In this document: positions 17,741 to 24,000 of the stretch, one piece after another
Layout of the letters: each line of letters opens with the position of its first letter
Numbering within the stretch: position 1 is the stretch's first letter
Assembly (NCBI GenBank): GCA_002724395.1
Contig: PBOR01000038.1
Coordinates: 26,991-50,990 of the forward strand
Reading direction: 5' to 3'
DNA: 24,000 nucleotides
Source of the DNA: Rhodospirillaceae bacterium
GTDB taxonomy: Bacteria; Pseudomonadota; Alphaproteobacteria; UBA8366
Translations under genes and position numbers: made by a program
Notes under the pieces: generated by a model
Database searches by the model: none
What the model was told of the DNA's origin: nothing
Seen by the model: only the letters and a program-made list of their open reading frames with translations

Positions 17741-18223
17741 GTGGGTGCGACCCTAAGAGGTGGTGCTAAGTTCCCCCGGACGAGGTCGCGGTTTCATCGC
17801 GCGCCCATGTCAGAAATAAATGTGACGCCATTTGTAGACGTTATGTTGGTGTTACTTATTATCTTTATGGTGACCGCGCCGCTTCTCACAGTCGGTGTTC
17901 CGGTGGATTTGCCGAAGACGAAAGCCGCAGTGTTGAATAAGTCTGATGAGCCTTTGGTCATAACGCTTAATGCAAAAAACCAGATATACATTCAAAAAGC
18001 GCTGGTACCACGCGAGAATTTTATTCCACGGTTGATTGCCGTTACCAATGCTAATCCTACAATTCGAATATTTGTTAGGGGTGATAAATCGATCGAATAT
18101 GGTCGTGTGATGGAGATTATGGGGGCGGTGAGTTCGGCAGGTTTTAAAAAAGTATCGTTATTGGCGCAGTTACCGAGTGGTGCCGCGAAAGGCGGCGCTA
18201 CGACAAAGAAGAAAAAGAAATAA
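17741..18223 (+). CDS. tolR: Tol-Pal system protein TolR (ExbD/TolR family)
   Basis: SEINVTPFVDVMLVLLIIFMVTAP is the family TM/anchor motif. GTG 17741 directly abuts the tolQ stop and has GGGAG 7 nt upstream. The C-terminus ends in KKKKK. Confidence 0.9.
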   Translation: MGATLRGGAKFPRTRSRFHRAPMSEINVTPFVDVMLVLLIIFMVTAPLLTVGVPVDLPKTKAAVLNKSDEPLVITLNAKNQIYIQKALVPRENFIPRLIAVTNANPTIRIFVRGDKSIEYGRVMEIMGAVSSAGFKKVSLLAQLPSGAAKGGATTKKKKK

Positions 18224-18232
18224 TGGATTCTG

Positions 18233-19084
18233 ATGCGCACACCTCTAGCTCTTTCAATATTTTTACATCTCGCAGTATTCTTCATTTCGTGGGTCGGGTT
18301 GCCCTATGCGCAACAACCACTGATCGAGCCGGAACCAATCCTCGATGTGGAGGTTATTACCGAGAAGATGCAGGCTTACAAATCACAGTCAGAAAAGCCA
18401 AAAGTGGCGGCTATTCGGCCTCGCAATCCGACCCCCCCTACACTACCACCGTCGAAACTCGAAATGGAGGATATAGCGCTGCCGGACGAGAAAGCGGTGC
18501 CAAAGCTGGAACCGAAGCCCAAAAAAAAGGTAAAGAAGAAATCCAAGGTGAAATCACCCCCACGGCCTCGGTTAAAGCCCAAGCCGCCGGTGCTGGACGA
18601 GTTCGAGTCAGTTTTGAAGTCCGTAGAAAAGCTAGAGAAAAAGAAAAAGAAGGGACTCGACAAGCCAAAAGAAAAAACCTTCGAAGAAAAAATAATGGAC
18701 GCTTTGAAAAAACGCGAGGCTGCACCACAGAAATCCCTGAAAACGCAAGTTTCACGGCTTGGTCAAGCTGTGACTCAAGACGACAAAGATGCTGTTCGTC
18801 GGCAAATAGAACGCTGTTGGAACCCGCCTGTTGGCGCCCCAAAGGCGGAAGATTTAGTCGTAGATTTGAGGTTAGAAGTAAATCCAGATGGTACTGTGCG
18901 GACGGTGGACGTAGCGAACAGTGCAAGGATGAGTTCGGATCCTTATTTTCGGGCAGCGGCAGAAAGTGCTGTGCGGGCGGTTTTGAATCCCCGATGCCGT
19001 AAGTTAAAGTTACCGCCTAAAAAATACCGAGAGTGGAAGATTTTAATTATTGGATTTGACCCAAGAGAGATGCTCGGACGATGA
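18233..19084 (+). CDS. tolA: cell envelope integrity protein TolA
   Basis: N-terminal TM helix ([18 protein letters not shown]), a long Pro/Lys/Glu-rich spacer, and a C-terminal TolA-type domain ([31 protein letters not shown]). Positioned between tolR and tolB. Confidence 0.88.
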   Translation: MRTPLALSIFLHLAVFFISWVGLPYAQQPLIEPEPILDVEVITEKMQAYKSQSEKPKVAAIRPRNPTPPTLPPSKLEMEDIALPDEKAVPKLEPKPKKKVKKKSKVKSPPRPRLKPKPPVLDEFESVLKSVEKLEKKKKKGLDKPKEKTFEEKIMDALKKREAAPQKSLKTQVSRLGQAVTQDDKDAVRRQIERCWNPPVGAPKAEDLVVDLRLEVNPDGTVRTVDVANSARMSSDPYFRAAAESAVRAVLNPRCRKLKLPPKKYREWKILIIGFDPREMLGR

Positions 19085-20433
19085 CCATGAAAAATTTGAC
19101 TAAGCTACCTGAACATATTTTTAGAACCATTTCGGCATTAGTATTTGTTATTTTGATTGCGCCCATTGCAAAAGCCGAGGTGAGGATCGATATCACCCGG
19201 GGCCTAGTGAAGCCCATACCGTTGGCGGTGAGCGATTTTCATGGGACCTCGGCCGAAGAAAGTCAGGTGGGCCGAGATGTGGCTGGTGTGGTTGCCGCAG
19301 ATTTGGAGCGATCGGGCCTCTTTAAGCCTCTTGATAAAAGAGCTTTTTTGCAGACTCCTGAATCTTTGCAAATTCAGCCCAGGTTTAACGATTGGCGTGT
19401 CATTAATGCCCAAGCGCTGGTAAATGGGAATATTAAACGTCAGGAAGATGGTCGTTTGCGGGTCGAGTTCCGTCTCTGGGACGTGGTTGCTGAAGCACAA
19501 ATGACGGGCCTTGCCTATTTCACAAAAGCCGATAATTGGCGTCGTGTGTCTCATATTATTGCGGATGCGATCTACAAGCGAATAACAGGTGAGTCGGGTA
19601 TTTTCGATACTCGTATCGTCTATATATCCGAAAGTGGGACTCAAACACGCCGGGTTCGTCGTCTTGCGATAATGGATCAAGACGGGGCAAATCATCGTTT
19701 CTTGACTGACGGCCAGGCATTGGTGTTGACGCCGAGATTTTCTCCGACAACTCAGGAAATCACTTACCTTTCCTACTTTGACGATACTCCGCGGGTATAT
19801 CTGTTCAACATTGAGACTGGCCGCCAAGAAATACTCGGTACATTTCGTGGAATGACTTTTGCGCCGCGGTTTTCGCCAGACGGTAACGAAGTTTTGATGT
19901 CCCATGCGGAGAACGGCAATTCAGATGTTTATATTATGGATTTGAGGACCCGACGTGCGCAAAGGGTCACTCGTCATCCAGCAATCGATACCTCTCCCAG
20001 CTTTTCGCCGGATGGTAAAAAGATTGTCTTCAATTCGGATCGTGGAGGCTCGCCACAGCTCTATATTATCAACCGTTCCGGGGATTCTGCGCGTCGGATT
20101 AGTTTTGGCAAGGGGCGATATTCAACGCCGGTTTGGTCACCTAGAGGGGATTTGATTGCCTTTACGCGTCAGCATAAAGGCCGCTTCTTCATTGGTGTAA
20201 TGCGGCCCGATGGCTCCGGTGAACGCATGTTGAGCGAGAGCTTTCTCGATGAAGGACCTACTTGGTCGCCGAATGGCCGGGTACTGATGTTTTTCCGGAA
20301 GAAACGTAATGATAAACATGGCCGTGGCGGAGAGAGCTTTATCTACTCTGTCGATTTGACGGGCCATAATCTAAGGCGTGTTGTAACGCCCAGCGAGGCT
20401 TCCCATCCTGCTTGGTCGCCCTTACTGCCGTAA
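19081..20433 (+). CDS. tolB: Tol-Pal system beta-propeller protein TolB
   Basis: Signal peptide ending AKA|E. Repeated propeller motifs are present: [46 protein letters not shown]. There is an ATGA overlap with the tolA stop. Confidence 0.95.
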   Translation: MTMKNLTKLPEHIFRTISALVFVILIAPIAKAEVRIDITRGLVKPIPLAVSDFHGTSAEESQVGRDVAGVVAADLERSGLFKPLDKRAFLQTPESLQIQPRFNDWRVINAQALVNGNIKRQEDGRLRVEFRLWDVVAEAQMTGLAYFTKADNWRRVSHIIADAIYKRITGESGIFDTRIVYISESGTQTRRVRRLAIMDQDGANHRFLTDGQALVLTPRFSPTTQEITYLSYFDDTPRVYLFNIETGRQEILGTFRGMTFAPRFSPDGNEVLMSHAENGNSDVYIMDLRTRRAQRVTRHPAIDTSPSFSPDGKKIVFNSDRGGSPQLYIINRSGDSARRISFGKGRYSTPVWSPRGDLIAFTRQHKGRFFIGVMRPDGSGERMLSESFLDEGPTWSPNGRVLMFFRKKRNDKHGRGGESFIYSVDLTGHNLRRVVTPSEASHPAWSPLLP

Positions 20434-20578
20434 TTATCGCGGCTTGGTGTTCTACTTATATTTTTGGTTTCGAGATTGTATGATAAAGTTACTATTGTTT
20501 TTAATGAACTAGCATGTTTATTATCAGTGGATTACTATTGGTCAGTTATTCGAAACCAGCATTCCTTCGGGGGTTCAT

Positions 20579-21076
20579 ATGTACTTGAGAGTCCTCAGCC
20601 TTTTGGCTGCTCTATCACTACTTGCAGCGTGCGAAACGCCTGCTGAAAATACTGGATCCGCAACAGGTTCCGGTGACGCGACTGCAGCAGGTGCAGCAAC
20701 GACCGTACCTGGCTCGCAACAAGATTTCACAGTCAATGTTGGCGATCGGGTGTTTTTCGGAACGAATAAATCCGACTTGAACGCAGAAAGTACGGCGACA
20801 TTAAAAAAACAAGCAGCTTGGTTGCAAAAGTACGGTGGTACAATTGTAATCGAAGGTCATTGTGACGAACGCGGGACCACAGAATACAATATTGGTCTTG
20901 GTGAGCGCCGAGCTAATTCTGTGAAAGATTACTTAATCAGCGTTGGTGTTTCAGCCGGTAGGATTAAGACTATTAGTTATGGTAAATCCCGTCCGACGGT
21001 TCCAGGATCTTCGGAGTGGGCGTGGTCGCAGAATCGTCGCGCGGTGACGGTTATCAAGGGCGGTGCTGGCAGTTAG
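20579..21076 (+). CDS. pal: peptidoglycan-associated lipoprotein Pal
   Basis: Lipobox LSLLAAC, and the OmpA-like domain motifs VFFGTNKSDL, IEGHCDERGTTEYNIGLGERRA and NRRAV. Confidence 0.95.
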   Translation: MYLRVLSLLAALSLLAACETPAENTGSATGSGDATAAGAATTVPGSQQDFTVNVGDRVFFGTNKSDLNAESTATLKKQAAWLQKYGGTIVIEGHCDERGTTEYNIGLGERRANSVKDYLISVGVSAGRIKTISYGKSRPTVPGSSEWAWSQNRRAVTVIKGGAGS

Positions 21077-21218
21077 CAGCGTTTCTTTGAGGGCTTCTTG
21101 AGTTGCGGTGTTTCAGCGGATTGCCATAAAATAGCCGTATTGGTTTGTCATGGTGATTCGCATGAAATGGGCAAAGTACGTAAAAGAGTTTTTGGCCTTG
21201 TTCCGGTGTTACTGGATA

Positions 21219-22640
21219 ATGGCTAGATGGCGGTCCTTTGTTAATCCTTGCGCTTTTTTTTGCGCACTATGGCTAGCAGTCTTAGGTAGTTTTGGACCAG
21301 CGATAGCGCAGCAAAGCAGCTACGCACAGGATTTGCAACGTTTGCGCCAGGACCTTCAGGATATCCAAAAATACGTTTATTCGGAATCCTTTAACTCCGG
21401 GAGCAAAAAGACCGCGGTCAGCAGTCCACCTTTGTCAGCGGATGCCGCTACCCGTTTGCATTTTAAAATTCAGTCTATGCAGTCAGAACTTATGGCTCTG
21501 ACCGGTAGGCTTGAACAAATTGAAAACGGTTTGCGACGCAGTGAGATTCGTTTAAATCGTTTGGTATCGGACGTGGATTTGCGACTGAGAACGTTGGAAA
21601 CAGCGTCCGGAATTAAACCAGCCTTTGTTTCAAACAATGAAGTAGTTGGTAGTGCGGGTAGCGTTGCGGGTGTGCAAGAGCCAACTCTAAGTGTTGGTGC
21701 AGGTGCAGCTCCGTCAGTTGATCCAAGAGTTGATCAATTGGCTCCAGGAATTACTCAATTGAAGCCAGGTTCCAATCAATTAGCGCGAACAATGGGTCAA
21801 TCGGCGCCAAAAGCTAGTCAAGTGGTCCGTAGAAACCATCAATTGGCTCCAGGAATTACTCAATTGAGGTCTGGGTCGGTTCAAGGCGCGCGAGAAACCG
21901 GTCAATTGGCGCCAAGAGGTGGGCAAGTGGTCCGCGGAAACAATCAATTGACACCAGAAATTAGTCAATTGAATCAAGGTTCAGCTCAATTAACGCGAAG
22001 AACCGATCAAATAGTGCCGAGAGATGGCCAAGTGGTGCGTGGGAACAGTCAGCTGGCGCCGGGACAAAAATTATTAGGTACGGTCCTTAAGTCGGAATTA
22101 AATAATGTTAAGCCTGTTCAAACAGCATCAAATACATCGCAGTTTTCAGATAAGCTCATCGTAAAACAGCCGCTTCCTCAAAAGACCGTCCGCTTGTCCA
22201 ACGTTGCAGAGCCAGCTGCGCCGCCGTTAGGCAAAGTCATGTTGCTGCCGGACGGCACAGCGCAACAACAATATAAGTATGCATTCGGCTTACTGAAGAA
22301 ACGTGACTTTTTAAATGCCGCGCGCTCGCTGAAGGCGTTCGTCGATAAAAATCCAACGCATAGCTTGGCGGGTAATGCTATGTATTGGTTAGCTGAAACG
22401 CATTACGAACAAAGACAGTATGCAGAAGCGGCACGATTATTTTTGGATGGTTATCGACGGTACCCAAAAAGTAATAAAGCACCGGATAACCTATTGAAAT
22501 TGGGAAAGTCCCTTAATTCTGCAGGTGAAAAGAAATCGGCATGTGCTGCGTGGAATAAATTATTAAAATCGTACCCTAAAGCAAACTCGCGGCTAGTTCG
22601 AAGTGCTAAACGTTCCATCCGCCAGAATAAATGCGCTTAG
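21219..22640 (+). CDS. cpoB: Tol-Pal system protein YbgF/CpoB with expanded repeat-containing linker
   Basis: Sec signal MARWRSFVNPCAFFCALWLAVLGSFGPAIA|QQ, an N-terminal coiled coil (LQRLRQDLQDIQ...LEQIENGLRRSEIRLNRL), and a C-terminal TPR domain (YKYAFGLLKKRDF..AMYWLAETHY..APDNLLKLGKSL). Alternative upstream starts are ATG 21150 and ATG 21162. Confidence 0.85.
   Translation: MARWRSFVNPCAFFCALWLAVLGSFGPAIAQQSSYAQDLQRLRQDLQDIQKYVYSESFNSGSKKTAVSSPPLSADAATRLHFKIQSMQSELMALTGRLEQIENGLRRSEIRLNRLVSDVDLRLRTLETASGIKPAFVSNNEVVGSAGSVAGVQEPTLSVGAGAAPSVDPRVDQLAPGITQLKPGSNQLARTMGQSAPKASQVVRRNHQLAPGITQLRSGSVQGARETGQLAPRGGQVVRGNNQLTPEISQLNQGSAQLTRRTDQIVPRDGQVVRGNSQLAPGQKLLGTVLKSELNNVKPVQTASNTSQFSDKLIVKQPLPQKTVRLSNVAEPAAPPLGKVMLLPDGTAQQQYKYAFGLLKKRDFLNAARSLKAFVDKNPTHSLAGNAMYWLAETHYEQRQYAEAARLFLDGYRRYPKSNKAPDNLLKLGKSLNSAGEKKSACAAWNKLLKSYPKANSRLVRSAKRSIRQNKCA
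21735..22066 (+). repeat. in-frame tandem repeat, 105-nt (35-aa) unit, 3 full copies plus a partial fourth, inside cpoB
   Basis: Units start at 21735, 21840, 21945 and 22050. Peptides are QLAPGITQLKPGSNQLARTMGQSAPKASQVVRRNH, QLAPGITQLRSGSVQGARETGQLAPRGGQVVRGNN, QLTPEISQLNQGSAQLTRRTDQIVPRDGQVVRGNS and QLAPGQK. Copies 1 and 2 are identical over their first 28 nt. CAATTG recurs at least 7 times. Confidence 0.9.
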
Positions 22641-22659
22641 TCTACCGTCCATTAGTCTA

Positions 22660-24000
22660 ATGCCCGGGGATGCGCCGCAAATTGAGTCTGACACGGCAAT
22701 TACCGCTCTTTCAGAAGATGAATTTGCAACTCTTTTGGATAAAGTCGGTATGTTTGAAAGGAATACCCATGTGGCCGTGGGATGTTCTGGTGGTCCCGAC
22801 AGCCTCGCACTTACCCTTCTTTTGGCAAATTGGGTGGCCCGCCGAAATGGCCGTTTAACTGCACTTATTATCGATCATGGCCTTAGGCCTGAATCAGCAG
22901 ATGAAGCAGAACAGGTAAAAAAATGGCTAGTTGAACGGTCAGTTGACTGCAAAATTTTATGCGCAGAGTTGCCACTAGAAATCTCATCCGTTCAGGAGAC
23001 CGCTAGGTCTGCACGATATGATTTGATGGGTAAGTGGTGCTTTGCGGAGGGTGTTTTGCATTTATTCATTGCGCATCATAGCGAAGACCAAGCGGAGACG
23101 CTGTTATTGAATTTAACTAGAGGCAGTGGGGTCGATGGCTTGGCGGGTATGGCTGTAATTTCTGAACGGCCACAATATCGAATTCTCCGTCCGCTTTTGG
23201 GGATTTCAAAGGTGCGGTTAGAATGTACTTTAGCAGAATACGGTCAAAAATTCATTAAGGACCCATCTAATGAAAGCCGGAAATTTAAGCGAGTCAGAAT
23301 ACGAGAGGCAATGTCGGGACTAGCGCGTGAAGGTGCCACGGTTGTTCGTTTGACCACAACTGCACAGCGAATGTCACATGCCCGGAATTTTTTAGAAGAT
23401 AGCTCAATTTGCCTTTTGGCAGGTGCTGCTGGAATTTACCCTGAAGGATATGCTCGGCTCGATTTCGCCCGTTGGTCAGCGGCGCCCGCGGAAATCTCGC
23501 GGCGCAGTCTAGCGCGGCTAGTGATGTGTGTCGGTGGTAAAGTATATATGCCCCGTTCGGAACGTCTAATGCGTTGTTATGATGCGTTAACTGCGCGCTC
23601 CAAAACACCGATCGCAAGAACGCTGGGTGGTTGCCGGGTGATAAAACGTGGATCGTCCATTTATATTTGTCGTGAGGTACCGCGAGTTTCTGCTTTGGCG
23701 AAAGTTTTACCCAATCAAAGATGGGATGGCAGGTTTTTTCTTAGTAAGATGGGTGCAAAAAAGCCTATAAAGGTGGAATCCCTTGGTACCAAGTCTGTAG
23801 AATTCCTCCAAGGGTATCGAGCTGCTAAAATACCGGCGGCAGTGCGTTATGCATTACCCACTATACTGGGGCTTGACGGCAAGGTCTTTGTACCCCACTT
23901 CATAGGTGTCAGTATGCAAGATAGTGTAGTAAAAAGATCGACTTTCAGTGCTGTATTTCAGCCGCTTCGACCACTTTCGGGTGCGCCTTTTGGCTTTGAT
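22660..24000 (+). CDS. tilS: tRNA(Ile)-lysidine synthetase TilS (3' end runs off the window)
   Basis: Absent from the ORF track because there is no stop in the window. I translated the frame from ATG 22660 by hand and it stays open to 24000. It contains VAVGCSGGPDSLAL (PP-loop), IAHHSEDQAETLLLNLTRGSGVDGLAGM and KDPSNES. The track ORF at 22670..22858 is out of frame. Confidence 0.88.
   Translation, partial: MPGDAPQIESDTAITALSEDEFATLLDKVGMFERNTHVAVGCSGGPDSLALTLLLANWVARRNGRLTALIIDHGLRPESADEAEQVKKWLVERSVDCKILCAELPLEISSVQETARSARYDLMGKWCFAEGVLHLFIAHHSEDQAETLLLNLTRGSGVDGLAGMAVISERPQYRILRPLLGISKVRLECTLAEYGQKFIKDPSNESRKFKRVRIREAMSGLAREGATVVRLTTTAQRMSHARNFLEDSSICLLAGAAGIYPEGYARLDFARWSAAPAEISRRSLARLVMCVGGKVYMPRSERLMRCYDALTARSKTPIARTLGGCRVIKRGSSIYICREVPRVSALAKVLPNQRWDGRFFLSKMGAKKPIKVESLGTKSVEFLQGYRAAKIPAAVRYALPTILGLDGKVFVPHFIGVSMQDSVVKRSTFSAVFQPLRPLSGAPFGFD

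Noticed and set aside
18190-18235. A-rich run encoding the TolR C-terminal KKKKK tail as a possible programmed frameshift or slippage site into tolA
   Set aside because: The run is interrupted (AAGAAGAAAAAGAAA) and followed by a clean TAA. tolA has its own ATG 9 nt downstream, so no frameshift is needed to explain either gene.
18223-19002. 259-aa ORF in an alternative + frame overlapping tolA
   Set aside because: It arises from the low-complexity AAG/AAA/CCN-rich tolA spacer and translates to Arg/Gly/Ser-rich sequence with no TM segment or domain. The 18233 frame has the TM anchor and the conserved C-terminal TolA domain.
19204-19905. 233-aa antisense ORF inside tolB
   Set aside because: A Cys/His/Arg-rich, non-protein-like translation that is fully shadowed by the strongly supported tolB frame. 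It is a typical antisense shadow ORF.
21780-21977. 65-aa minus-strand ORF, and the possibility that the 105-nt repeats are a CRISPR-like or intergenic array
   Set aside because: The repeats are contiguous with no unique spacers. They are in frame with cpoB, and are flanked by its coiled-coil and TPR domains. The antisense ORF is a by-product of the repeat.

Overview
Gene-dense chromosomal window. The gene order (DUF4164-zapA-6S RNA-5-FCL; yebC-ruvCAB-ybgC-tolQRAB-pal-ybgF-tilS) suggests an alphaproteobacterium, and overlapping stops and short spacers suggest a compact genome; both are inferences. Left third: a partial DUF1244 gene and pyruvate kinase. Next comes a five-gene non-housekeeping insert: a VOC-family protein, a degenerate DUF2817/M14-like protein, and three tandem TauD/TfdA-family Fe(II)/2-oxoglutarate dioxygenase paralogs. 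It is followed by class I fructose-bisphosphate aldolase, a small hypothetical, GAPDH and transketolase. Middle: DUF4164, zapA, a 6S RNA candidate that the ORF track cannot show, 5-formyl-THF cyclo-ligase and a YmdB-like phosphoesterase. A spacer of about 460 nt, unusually long for this window, follows. Right half: yebC, ruvCAB, ybgC, tolQRAB, pal, a long ybgF/cpoB, and tilS running off the 3' edge. I found no CRISPR array, transposase, integrase, tRNA or rRNA. Most worth a second look: (1) the orphan triple TauD-like operon and its neighbours, wedged between glycolytic genes with no transporter or regulator; (2) the DUF2817-like protein, whose expected zinc ligands appear substituted; (3) an in-frame 105-nt tandem repeat (about 3.15 copies) that roughly doubles CpoB relative to E. 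coli; (4) the 6S RNA locus; (5) the long structured spacer upstream of yebC. I see no unambiguous novel defence or mobile system. The TauD cassette is the best candidate for undescribed biochemistry, and its substrate cannot be read from sequence alone.
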